Virus record (IMG/VR): IMGVR_UViG_3300027793_000052
Coordinates: 253,984-317,983 of that record
Length of the DNA: 64,000 bases
Direction: 5' to 3' (one strand)
Numbering within the stretch: position 1 is the stretch's first letter; each line of letters begins with the position of its first letter. Shown here one piece after another: positions 48,826 to 57,823 of the stretch. Below the pieces are notes generated by a model. That model worked only from the letters and a program-made list of their open reading frames with translations. It did no database searches and was not told the DNA's origin. The position numbers and the translations under genes are program-made.

Positions 48826-49653
48826 ATGAATAACACGACAAACATTAAAAGATTTATTGACACGTCAGAAGAAAGCATCTCTAGATACTTAAAAGACGTA
48901 AGAAAGGTTGATGTATTAACTCCTGAGGAAGAAAACAAATTAGCTTTAGAGGTACAAAATGGTAATCAAATTGCGATGGAAAAGTTAATTACGGCAAATC
49001 TTAGATTTGTCATTAGTGTGGCTAAAGAATATCAAGGGCAAGGTTTACCTTTGGTGGATTTGATATCTGAAGGTAACTTTGGTTTAATTAAGGCGGCACA
49101 AAAATTTGACCCTAGTCGTGGATTTAGATTTATATCTTATGCGGTTTGGTGGGTTAAACAATCTATCATACAATCTTTAAATGATAACGCTAGAACTGTA
49201 CGCATACCCGTTAATGTAACAAATAACGTATCTAAACTTAAAAAAGATATGGCAGCTTTTGAACAAGAACACGGTAGAAAGGCTACTGACGCTGATATGG
49301 ATTTAAGTTTGTTAAACTTACCATCTTGTACGTCACTTAATGAAACTATTAATGAAGATGGTGATGAAATGTTGGATGTTATTGCTGATAACACTTTTGA
49401 ATCACCTGACGAATCTTTTCAGAAACCATCCGATATGTTAAAAGTTGAACTAGATAAAACTTTATCGGTGTTATCACCTAGAGAAAGAGTTATTATTGAA
49501 CTTTACTTTGGTTTAAATGGTACACCTCTAACTTTAGAAGAAATAGGTGAGGATTATAATCTTACAAAAGAACGTATAAGACAGATTAAAGCAAAGGCTT
49601 TACGTAAATTAAGAGATAAAAGTCAAAATTTATTTGACTTTGTACACAAATAA
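48826..49653 (+). CDS. RNA polymerase sigma-70 factor, Bacteroidota RpoD-like
   Basis: YL...LTPEEE, ANLRFVISVAK, DLISEGN.GLIKAA.KFD...GFRFISYAVWW, TLEEIG...LTKERIRQI; no region 1.1. Confidence 0.95.
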   Translation: MNNTTNIKRFIDTSEESISRYLKDVRKVDVLTPEEENKLALEVQNGNQIAMEKLITANLRFVISVAKEYQGQGLPLVDLISEGNFGLIKAAQKFDPSRGFRFISYAVWWVKQSIIQSLNDNARTVRIPVNVTNNVSKLKKDMAAFEQEHGRKATDADMDLSLLNLPSCTSLNETINEDGDEMLDVIADNTFESPDESFQKPSDMLKVELDKTLSVLSPRERVIIELYFGLNGTPLTLEEIGEDYNLTKERIRQIKAKALRKLRDKSQNLFDFVHK

Positions 49654-49658
49654 AATTG

Positions 49659-49684
49659 AAACCACGGAATTCCGTGGTTTTTTT
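49659..49684 (+). terminator. Intrinsic terminator after sigma factor
   Basis: ACCACGG-aatt-CCGTGGT plus T run. Confidence 0.85.
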
Positions 49685-49758
49685 ATTTAATTTATACCGA
49701 TATGTGTTATTATTAATATAATAAATAATAAGATATTTATATTAAAAATTAAAATAAC

Positions 49759-50067
49759 ATGAAAACAATTACCGAATTTATTGATAAATGGGCCATCAGG
49801 GTGATGTTTCCATTGGTTATTATTGTTTTTTTTAAAACATGTAACACAAACAACAAGGTAGAAAAAACTAGAGAAGAATTAACCTTTAAAGTTGATAGTA
49901 TTAACAATGTTGTTAAACAATCAGCTTCAAAACCTGAAATAGAGAAGATGATTAAGATTGAAGGTTTAAAATCTGAAAAGAGAATGATACAATCAACAGA
50001 TAGAAAAATTTTAGATGTTAATAGACAATCTGAGATTGATAAGGAGATTGAAACATTGAACAAATAA
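49759..50067 (+). CDS. Membrane-anchored small protein
   Basis: N-terminal hydrophobic helix ending KTC; follows TATTTATA. Confidence 0.6.
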   Translation: MKTITEFIDKWAIRVMFPLVIIVFFKTCNTNNKVEKTREELTFKVDSINNVVKQSASKPEIEKMIKIEGLKSEKRMIQSTDRKILDVNRQSEIDKEIETLNK

Positions 50068-50771
50068 TGGGTTTTAGACGTATAATTAAAGAATCTATAA
50101 CAGAGTTTGAGTGGAAAAAACTCATAGGTGAGGGTTTGATAAAAACCCATAACCCAAAACAGGTTGTTGATATTTTAAATAGATTCGTTAATAAAACATT
50201 AGATGTAAAATTACACAAAGAGGAAGATAGTGACACTTCTGGTATTATTTTAGTTTACTTTAAAGAAGATTTTAAAAAAACAAAAATAGACGAATTATTA
50301 TCTTTTATGAATAATATGGGATACTATCCGGCTGGATTTTTTAGTAAAACAAATATGTTTACTAAAACGTATCAGGAGTTAGGTGATGATTTATATAGCG
50401 TAAGGTTTGAACCTAAATTTGATACAGAATATATACCGCAAGATAGATATATGTACCACATAACAGATGGTAAACATATCGAAAAAATAATGAGGATAGG
50501 GTTAACACCTAAAACTAAATCTAAAGCATTATATCACCCAGAAAGAATATATTTAACAAAGACAATCAACGATGCTTTAAACATAAAAACAATATTTAGT
50601 TTACAGAATTTAGAGTCTGATTATGGTTTGATAGTATTGAAAATAGATTTACAAAATTTATTTATACATCTTAGGGAAGATTCACAATTTAAAGGTGGTG
50701 TTTATACAACCGATAACATACCACCAAATCATATACAAGTGGTGGATTTAAAAAAAACAAATAATGATTAA
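50067..50771 (+). CDS. ADP-ribosyltransferase-fold protein (Tpt1/KptA-like)
   Basis: YHIT....IEKIMRIGLTPK, RIYLT, VLKID, YTTDNIPP..I. Confidence 0.6.
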   Translation: MGFRRIIKESITEFEWKKLIGEGLIKTHNPKQVVDILNRFVNKTLDVKLHKEEDSDTSGIILVYFKEDFKKTKIDELLSFMNNMGYYPAGFFSKTNMFTKTYQELGDDLYSVRFEPKFDTEYIPQDRYMYHITDGKHIEKIMRIGLTPKTKSKALYHPERIYLTKTINDALNIKTIFSLQNLESDYGLIVLKIDLQNLFIHLREDSQFKGGVYTTDNIPPNHIQVVDLKKTNND

Positions 50772-51423
50772 TTGGTTTAAAAATAACAAGAAAAGTTTAA
50801 TTAGAGGAGCATTCCTAGTACCGATAATACTAGTGATGTTTATATCCATATCACACGTAGTTAGTTGGTATGATTTAGCAAACCCTTTTAAATGGGCTAT
50901 ATATCTATCGGTAGCTATAGAAATAGCTGCTATGAGTTCCATTGCTGCAGCATCTGTAAGAATTAAAGGTGGTGTTTGGTTGGTATTCATATTGGTGACA
51001 TTGATACAGTTCATGGGTAACATATTTTTTTGTTTTAATGATATCGATGTTAACTCTAAAGAGTTTAAAAGTTGGGTGGAATTGACAGGACCGATATTTG
51101 AGTCTATTGGTTCTGATATTAAGGATATTGTTGCACAAAAAAGATGGTTAGCTTTATTAGAGGGTGGTTTACTACCTATCATATCATTAACTTCATTGCA
51201 CTTCTTCATTAGATACGGTGGTGAAGATGACACTAAGATTGAACGAATCAACCAAGCTACCGACCAAGCTACAGACCAAGTAGTTGAAGAGGTGAAAGAA
51301 CCTGAAACCGTAATACAAGAAATAGTAGAAGAAATTTCTACACCAGAATCACCAACAACAATTACAACTAATGCTATAATAGACAGACCCAAAAAAAGAA
51401 ATTGGTGGGGTAAAATTAGTTGA
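50764..51423 (+). CDS. Multi-pass membrane protein (holin candidate)
   Basis: About four hydrophobic helices; directly upstream of an amidase-like gene. Confidence 0.55.
   Translation: MINWFKNNKKSLIRGAFLVPIILVMFISISHVVSWYDLANPFKWAIYLSVAIEIAAMSSIAAASVRIKGGVWLVFILVTLIQFMGNIFFCFNDIDVNSKEFKSWVELTGPIFESIGSDIKDIVAQKRWLALLEGGLLPIISLTSLHFFIRYGGEDDTKIERINQATDQATDQVVEEVKEPETVIQEIVEEISTPESPTTITTNAIIDRPKKRNWWGKIS
51251..51280 (+). repeat. 12-bp tandem repeat (QATD)
   Basis: ACCAAGCTACCG ACCAAGCTACAG ACCAAG. Confidence 0.6.
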
Positions 51424-51425
51424 AA

Positions 51426-52022
51426 ATGATAAATAAAACAACATATCAATTACCAGAAGAAAATTATTATAAAGATATCTTCGATAAGACACAAATAATA
51501 ATTGGCCATACGTATAGAAATAATATGAAACATTATGGTAGTTGGGTATATAGATTAAATGGTAAAAATAAAAAAACAGCAACATTTACCATAACCAAAG
51601 AAGGTAAAATATTCCAACATTATGATCCTAAATATTACTCAGACTTTACAAATAATAACCAAGACAAAGCCTCCATATCTATAGTATTAGAAAATTTGGG
51701 TTGGTTAAAAAAAGATGGTATAATTAATCGTTATGTAGATTGGTTAGGTAATACACATAGAAAAGAAGAAGATGAAATTTTAAGTAAACGTTGGCGAAAT
51801 CATAATTATTGGGACAAATACAGTCAAGAACAATTATCGGCATTAAAAATTATCATAAATAAATTGTGTGAAGAATATAATATACCAAAAAATTTTATTG
51901 GCCACAATGTTTATGATGAAAATGTGGATCTTTATAAAGGAATAACATTTAGAAGTAACTATAGTCAGGAATCAACAGACGTTAGTCCTGCTTTTGATAT
52001 GGAATTATTAAAAAACTTGTAA
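51426..52022 (+). CDS. N-acetylmuramoyl-L-alanine amidase-like protein (Amidase_2 fold, possibly degenerate)
   Basis: QIIIGHT, FTITKEGKIFQ, SISIVLEN.G, YSQEQLSAL..II..LC..YNIP, DVSP. Confidence 0.7.
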   Translation: MINKTTYQLPEENYYKDIFDKTQIIIGHTYRNNMKHYGSWVYRLNGKNKKTATFTITKEGKIFQHYDPKYYSDFTNNNQDKASISIVLENLGWLKKDGIINRYVDWLGNTHRKEEDEILSKRWRNHNYWDKYSQEQLSALKIIINKLCEEYNIPKNFIGHNVYDENVDLYKGITFRSNYSQESTDVSPAFDMELLKNL

Positions 52023-52023
52023 A

Positions 52024-52569
52024 ATGAAGAAAAAAGACGATATCAGAGACCTTTTAGGTAAGATTAGAAAATTACAAAATGAAAATCACCAAATCACAAC
52101 TTTAAATTCTGATGATATTAGAAAAAGATTAGATGAGTCTAAATCACCTGTAAATAAATTAATTTTATTAAAAGAGGAAGAAGTACAAAACGTTACATCT
52201 GATGAACAAAGAGAAGAAGAAAATAAATTTAAAGATGTTGTGTCTAAATTGGTCAAGTTTGATGAAATTCAAGTTTATAGACAAAATGTAACTTGGGGTG
52301 GTTTTTTAGTTCGTGAAAAAATTAGATGGACATTTTCTCTAGACGAAAATAACGGTTGTTATATAAGTACGGAAAGTTTGGATATGCTACAACTAACAAC
52401 TGAAGTTATTGAATTACTTAAAAAACTTCGTGGTTATTATGAAGTATGGTCGGATGAATGGTCAAGTAGGCTAACAGGTTCACCTAAAGAAGGTGGAGAA
52501 GGGGAAGGTTCTGCAGCACCAGAAGGTGGAGAAACTGCAGCTGAAACAACAGGTGGTTTTGGTGTTTAA
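52024..52569 (+). CDS. Hypothetical protein (possible head protein)
   Basis: LLGKIRKLQ, LLKEEE, acidic Gly-rich tail. Confidence 0.55.
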   Translation: MKKKDDIRDLLGKIRKLQNENHQITTLNSDDIRKRLDESKSPVNKLILLKEEEVQNVTSDEQREEENKFKDVVSKLVKFDEIQVYRQNVTWGGFLVREKIRWTFSLDENNGCYISTESLDMLQLTTEVIELLKKLRGYYEVWSDEWSSRLTGSPKEGGEGEGSAAPEGGETAAETTGGFGV

Positions 52570-53366
52570 TGGAAAAGAAAGATAAATTTTATGTGGTGTT
52601 AATGGCTATTATGATATTGGTCATTTTATTTTTAAGTTGGCGTATCGGTAATTTAAAAGTTGGTAATTCTGATGGTATTGATGAACTTAGAAAAACCATA
52701 ATACAAAACGATTCACTAACTAAAATAAAAGAAGGTCAGTATACTAAATTAGTTGATTATTATAATTCAGAAAAAGAATTAAAAGAAGAACTTAAAAAAT
52801 CTAATCGAGATTTATATAACACATTAAAAAAACAAGATGAAAAAATATTAAGTTTAACTAAAGTTGTTATTTCATTAAAAGATACTGTTGTACAAGGTTT
52901 TGGTAAATTTAATCCCAATGACACAAATTTAATTGATTTAAATTTAAAATATCCAGTAAGTGATGAAAAACCTTTTATATTTTGGAATGGTTTTGTTAAT
53001 AAAAAAACAGCCTTTTATAAGGGTAATTGGGAGTTTAATACCTTACCAATTCAAATTGTATTGACAGAAGAAAAAAGAGGTTTGTGGAAAACAAATGTTG
53101 TTGGACCAAAATGGTTTAAATTGGATTCCCTAACAATTAAAAGTTTACCACCAGAAGATTTCCCCCAAAAAATAGAAAGAAATATTCAGTTTTTATTAGG
53201 TGGAATGTATAATTCAAATATTGTACCAATGGTACCTAGAGCTATTGGATTTGGTGGTGGTGTTAGTTTTAAGAATCAACATAATTTAATTATGAACGTA
53301 AATTCTGACCAATCATTTAGTTTAGGTTATTATTATAAATTTAAAACATTCAAAAAGAATAAGTAG
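52569..53366 (+). CDS. Membrane-anchored coiled-coil protein with C-terminal beta strands (spanin candidate)
   Basis: N-terminal TM helix, coiled coil, terminal GFGGGVSF...LGYYYKF. Confidence 0.55.
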   Translation: MEKKDKFYVVLMAIMILVILFLSWRIGNLKVGNSDGIDELRKTIIQNDSLTKIKEGQYTKLVDYYNSEKELKEELKKSNRDLYNTLKKQDEKILSLTKVVISLKDTVVQGFGKFNPNDTNLIDLNLKYPVSDEKPFIFWNGFVNKKTAFYKGNWEFNTLPIQIVLTEEKRGLWKTNVVGPKWFKLDSLTIKSLPPEDFPQKIERNIQFLLGGMYNSNIVPMVPRAIGFGGGVSFKNQHNLIMNVNSDQSFSLGYYYKFKTFKKNK

Positions 53367-53367
53367 T

Positions 53368-53682
53368 ATGAGTCAACAAATTAATAGATTATTAGAAGAA
53401 ATAAAAGAAAATAATGACAAAAAAGTTATTTTATATACAATGTCACATTGTCCTGCGTGTAAAGAATTGAAAGAAAAATTAGATCACGTTGGTATCTACT
53501 ATGAAAATGTTGAAATGGAAGGTAATGACAAAGTATGGTCGGAAATTAAATCTGAAGGTGGTGCTGACTATGTACCACAAGTTAGAGTTTCAAGTAAACT
53601 TATACACGAATTTGATGAAATTAATGATTTAATCGGTATGGTAATTAGTGAAATGATTGGCCGTAAAATTATTATAAAATAA
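53368..53682 (+). CDS. Glutaredoxin-like protein
   Basis: LYTMSHCPACKELK, YVPQV. Confidence 0.85.
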   Translation: MSQQINRLLEEIKENNDKKVILYTMSHCPACKELKEKLDHVGIYYENVEMEGNDKVWSEIKSEGGADYVPQVRVSSKLIHEFDEINDLIGMVISEMIGRKIIIK

Positions 53683-53692
53683 TTTTTAAGAT

Positions 53693-53719
53693 AAAACCAC
53701 CATGTTAGGTGGTTTTTTT
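53693..53719 (+). terminator. Intrinsic terminator
   Basis: ACCACC-atgtta-GGTGGT plus T run. Confidence 0.8.
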
Positions 53720-53784
53720 ATGCTCTTTTGATATTTATAGAAAAATGTATTTGTACAAATAACAATAAATTAAAAAATTAAAAA

Positions 53785-53946
53785 ATGGCTAAAAAAGTAT
53801 TACGTTACACAGAAGAACAGTTTATAACACTTCTTGAAAACATTGTAAAAAAAGTTAAAGCTGAAGAAACTTTAAACGAATCAGTAGATCCTAACAGAAA
53901 TGCCAGAAGACAAAATTTAAACGAAAGATTTAAAAAACTAAAATAA
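53785..53946 (+). CDS. Small 53-aa protein not in the ORF track (putative head-internal protein)
   Basis: MAKKVLRYTEEQFITLLENIVKKVKAEETLNESVDPNRNARRQNLNERFKKLK*; A-rich leader; TATTTATA at 53732. Confidence 0.7.
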   Translation: MAKKVLRYTEEQFITLLENIVKKVKAEETLNESVDPNRNARRQNLNERFKKLK

Positions 53947-53950
53947 TCCA

Positions 53951-54235
53951 ATGAGTAATAATAATATAAAAAGGATTATTAAGGAGGAGTTAAACAAATC
54001 TGATGAGGCTAAAATTAAAAAAATAGCTAAGGATGAGTTTGACAAACTAATTGGTAAACATTTAAAAAGTGAAGATCTTGAAAAAAAGGTTAAAGAATTA
54101 GTTCTTAAACATATCAAGAAAGATAAACCAACACAAAAAGAAGTGGCTAATATCACCAAAGAAGTGTTAGTTAAACTATACAAAACACTTTGGACTAGGA
54201 ATAATTTTTGGAGTAACGGTTTAGAAAATATCTAA
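53951..54235 (+). CDS. Hypothetical protein (IIKEE motif)
   Basis: IKRIIKEEL, LYKTLWTR..FW. Confidence 0.6.
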   Translation: MSNNNIKRIIKEELNKSDEAKIKKIAKDEFDKLIGKHLKSEDLEKKVKELVLKHIKKDKPTQKEVANITKEVLVKLYKTLWTRNNFWSNGLENI

Positions 54236-56151
54236 TGGTACAAAAAGATCCAAACGCAAAAGAAGGAATGAGAGTTAGGGTTCTATCTATGGTAGATGAC
54301 CCTAACCCAGTACTTGCAGGTACAGAAGGCACTATTGTTTTAATAGATGATATGGGTACATTACATGTTAAATGGGATGATGGTAGAAGATTAGGTTTAA
54401 TACCTGGTATTGATAGGTATGTCTTAGAACCTGAAGAATTTTCTAATTTAATGGACGATGCTTTTAGTACAATAGATGAGGCAGATTCTGGTAAAAATGC
54501 CATAAATACATCTATAAATCAAACCCCATCAAACATTAAAAAATCTATGCCAAGTATGCCAAGTTTGTCAAAAAGTAATGTTACCAAAAATTTTAAAACA
54601 GCTAACATTAAAGATGTTAAGGTTGAGTCTAATGAAATTAAAGGTGGTAAGGCCGATAAATTAAGTATTAAAGATTTGGCTAAAAAACATAAAGTTTCTA
54701 TAGAAGATATTAAAAAAGAAATTAAGATTGGTGTAAAGATTGAGAAGGAACATGTTGGTAATGATGTTAACAAGGCTAAAGAAATAGCTATGGATCATAT
54801 ATCAGAGTTCTCAGACTATTACTCCAACAAAAGATATGGTGTGTTAGCATCGGAAAAAGGTCTTAAAAAATCTAAAAAGAAAAAGGTTAATGAAAATCAT
54901 GAACCATTGTATTTGTTAGACGCAATGACCGCTTGGATGGCGTACAGAGGTTATAAAGAATATGGGCTCAAGGGGATGATTAAAAATCTCGGAAATAACC
55001 TAAAAGAAATCATGAAAGACTTTATTGAATATTCAACAACTGTTTATGGTACACCAGTAACTAAAGATATGACAGAGTATCAATTTAAAGAGTTATTAAA
55101 AAAATTTAAATCGGATAAAACTGATTATATGACATCGACTGCTGGAGGTGTATCCACAGGGGCTTATACTGGTAATGCTTGGGGTTCAGGACCTTTAACC
55201 AAAAGTAAATCAGTTGCCAAACCTGGCCCATTAAAAGAAATGACATATACACCCGACGATGATATTAGTGATACTAGTGCTGAAGCTTGGGCTGATAAAA
55301 ATAAAGATGGATGGAAGTGGAATGATACCCCTTTATGGGAAGAAGGTGAAATTATCGATCCTTTGGCTAAGATAAAAACATCATGGGATGATGACAATTT
55401 GGACATCTCCAAAGATTGGGATAAAGTTCAAAAGAAAAAAAATCTTAAAAAAGAAGATGTATTAAAGATGGTCGGTATGAGACTTATAGAATCTAAATAT
55501 AAAATTGTTAATGATAAGAGTTTAGATAGTATTAAAGATAATTTTAAACCACCAAGAACAGAAGATGAGGAAGAACCAATAGAAGAGACAACAACATTTG
55601 GTTCTGTTTGGGGACCTAATGGACCTCCTGTTGGGCCGGCTTTCGCGGCAAAACAAGGTCAATGGAGAGCAGGAAAAAACCCAATATGGAAAGGTGGTAA
55701 AATAGTTCAAAAAGTTAATAATTCTGGTGTTTTAAACCCTATTACTGAAAATAAAATAGAAGTAGGTGATATGGTAAAAATTAAAAAAGAATACGGTGGT
55801 GGTACGGGTGAAGTTGTTGACATTAAGAAATCATTTGTTGTTGTAAAAACAAAAGACGGTAATAAGTCATACCACATGTCTGATTTAATTACAGAAGCTA
55901 ATAAGGTTAAATACAATCCTGATGGTCAAATAGTACAGATAAAAAAGAAGTGTACCAAATACCCTTATTGTAGTCAAGGGGCTATAGACAAACCTTTAAA
56001 AATATCAAGTTCAGTTAGTCAACCAGGGACTTATGTAGAAACAGAGTTATCTAACGAGACAATAAAGAACATACATGAAATATCCAAACAAATTGGTAGA
56101 CCTTTTATAGAGGTTTATAATTTGGTTAAAGAAAAATTGGGTGATTATTAA
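54235..56151 (+). CDS. Multidomain protein: DUF4314-like + DUF5661-like + KOW/SH3-like modules
   Basis: GTEGTI..IDDMGTLHVKWDDGR.LGL; KIGVKIEKEH...AKEIAMDH..E..DYY; VGDMVKI...TGEVV. Confidence 0.65.
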   Translation: MVQKDPNAKEGMRVRVLSMVDDPNPVLAGTEGTIVLIDDMGTLHVKWDDGRRLGLIPGIDRYVLEPEEFSNLMDDAFSTIDEADSGKNAINTSINQTPSNIKKSMPSMPSLSKSNVTKNFKTANIKDVKVESNEIKGGKADKLSIKDLAKKHKVSIEDIKKEIKIGVKIEKEHVGNDVNKAKEIAMDHISEFSDYYSNKRYGVLASEKGLKKSKKKKVNENHEPLYLLDAMTAWMAYRGYKEYGLKGMIKNLGNNLKEIMKDFIEYSTTVYGTPVTKDMTEYQFKELLKKFKSDKTDYMTSTAGGVSTGAYTGNAWGSGPLTKSKSVAKPGPLKEMTYTPDDDISDTSAEAWADKNKDGWKWNDTPLWEEGEIIDPLAKIKTSWDDDNLDISKDWDKVQKKKNLKKEDVLKMVGMRLIESKYKIVNDKSLDSIKDNFKPPRTEDEEEPIEETTTFGSVWGPNGPPVGPAFAAKQGQWRAGKNPIWKGGKIVQKVNNSGVLNPITENKIEVGDMVKIKKEYGGGTGEVVDIKKSFVVVKTKDGNKSYHMSDLITEANKVKYNPDGQIVQIKKKCTKYPYCSQGAIDKPLKISSSVSQPGTYVETELSNETIKNIHEISKQIGRPFIEVYNLVKEKLGDY

Positions 56152-56184
56152 CATAAATAGCATATTTATAATAAAAACAAAAAC

Positions 56185-57141
56185 ATGTCAAATATTAATA
56201 AACTAATAAAGAAAGGTCTTAACAAATTATTGGAGACAAAAGGTTTTGAAGAAATGGAATTTGCTTTTGGTACTAAAAAAAATTCCGAATTATCACAAGA
56301 GGAAAAAAACCAATTTGGTCCCATGGGTAATTTAAAAGACCAAAAAGGTGGTAATATCACAACTCAAGAAGTTAATGGTTTAAAAGTGGTAAACAAAACC
56401 AATAAAACAAATGATAGTGACGCTCAAGCATATTATAAAGAAGTGGCTAAAAAAGTTAAAGACTATCAAACACCAAACGATAAAGAAAAGTTTGATGCAC
56501 CTAAAGTAGATACTAATACAAATGTTGAAGATGAGAGACTTGAGATAACTGGTTATGATGTTGGTGTTTCTGGTTTAGAAGTTACAGCCGATTTAGCTGC
56601 TGAAAAAGGTGGTTCAGAAGGGGTTAAAGCCAAATATAAAGAAAGGATTAAATCTGATGATCCTACGGCAGAGAAAATGATGAAGAACGCTAAGAAAACA
56701 AATGATTTAAAATATAAAAAAGAAGCAAATAACACAAGACCTGTAAAGGCACAAAAATCACCACAACCAATGGGAGAAAATGTGGAATATAGAGGTGTTG
56801 ATGCTAAGAACATCTTTAAAGCTAACGGTAAGTTAATATCAGAAGAACAAGTTTTAAAATTAGCAAATAAAGTACCATCTAGGATTAAAATAGATGAAAC
56901 AACTTTTGCTATTACTGACGGTGAAAACACGTATAGACTTATATGGGAAGGTGATGATAAAAACGGTGAGGCAATCATTACAAACCATAAAAACAGTACA
57001 TTAGTAAAAGAAGATATTGAAAAAATGAAGAAACTTTGGGGTTTTAAATCTAATAATTCTATATCCACTAAGAAAAACATTACCGAATCTGGTGAAGACG
57101 CATTTAAAAGAATGTTTAAAAAAATAAAAGAAGATAAATAA
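56185..57141 (+). CDS. Hypothetical late protein
   Basis: Follows TATTTATA; charged; L/IxE motifs. Confidence 0.6.
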   Translation: MSNINKLIKKGLNKLLETKGFEEMEFAFGTKKNSELSQEEKNQFGPMGNLKDQKGGNITTQEVNGLKVVNKTNKTNDSDAQAYYKEVAKKVKDYQTPNDKEKFDAPKVDTNTNVEDERLEITGYDVGVSGLEVTADLAAEKGGSEGVKAKYKERIKSDDPTAEKMMKNAKKTNDLKYKKEANNTRPVKAQKSPQPMGENVEYRGVDAKNIFKANGKLISEEQVLKLANKVPSRIKIDETTFAITDGENTYRLIWEGDDKNGEAIITNHKNSTLVKEDIEKMKKLWGFKSNNSISTKKNITESGEDAFKRMFKKIKEDK

Positions 57142-57149
57142 TAAAAATT

Positions 57150-57174
57150 AACCCCTCTTCGTGAGGGGTTTTTT
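57150..57174 (+). terminator. Intrinsic terminator
   Basis: CCCCTC-ttcgt-GAGGGG plus T6. Confidence 0.85.
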
Positions 57175-57225
57175 ATGCTTAACAATATTTATATATAAAA
57201 TAATAGATTTTAAAAACAAAATTAT

Positions 57226-57768
57226 ATGAAACCAGGTTATATTTCAGAATACGTAACACTCAAAGAAGTTACTTATAGTGATACAGCAGCAAGAAAAGGT
57301 ATTGATAACACACCTTCACCAGAACAAATGAAACTAATTGAAGCCGCGGCCGTTAATGTTTTTGATAAATTAAGAGAGTGGGTTGGTGGCCCTATCAAAA
57401 TCAACAGTGTGTTCCGTGGTGATAAATTAAATAAAGCTATAGGGGGTAGTAAAACATCACAGCATTGTGTTGGATTAGATCCTAAAACTTCTAGTTATGG
57501 GGCGGCTTTCGATGTGGACGATGATTACTTCCAAAAAAAATTTACAACTAAAAACAACAATGACATGTTTCATTACATCAAGGATAAATTAGATTTCGAT
57601 CAATTAATATGGGAATTCGGCAGTAAATCAAATCCTGATTGGGTTCATTTTAGTTATAGACCTGATGGTAAAAATAGAAAACAAGTTCTCATAGCTGTTA
57701 AGAAAGAAGGTAAAACAGTTTACTTACCATATAAAGGAAATGAAAATTTAACCGGCTCAATTAAATGA
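57226..57768 (+). CDS. Peptidase M15A-family Zn peptidase (endolysin candidate)
   Basis: SxxA.RKGIDN.P, INSVFR, NKAIGGSKTSQH, AFD, DFDQLIWEF, WVHFSY. Confidence 0.88.
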   Translation: MKPGYISEYVTLKEVTYSDTAARKGIDNTPSPEQMKLIEAAAVNVFDKLREWVGGPIKINSVFRGDKLNKAIGGSKTSQHCVGLDPKTSSYGAAFDVDDDYFQKKFTTKNNNDMFHYIKDKLDFDQLIWEFGSKSNPDWVHFSYRPDGKNRKQVLIAVKKEGKTVYLPYKGNENLTGSIK

Positions 57769-57823
57769 TAAATCAATTTTAAAATCTATTTAATTTAAAA
57801 ACTATTGGTTTATATTATAAATT

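Noticed and set aside
56553-57185. 210-aa minus-strand ORF (likewise 50748..51449, 13547..13885, 30676..31017 and other antisense ORFs)
   Set aside because: These shadow well-supported + strand genes and have the S/F/L-rich composition expected from the antisense of K/E-rich coding DNA; no motifs.
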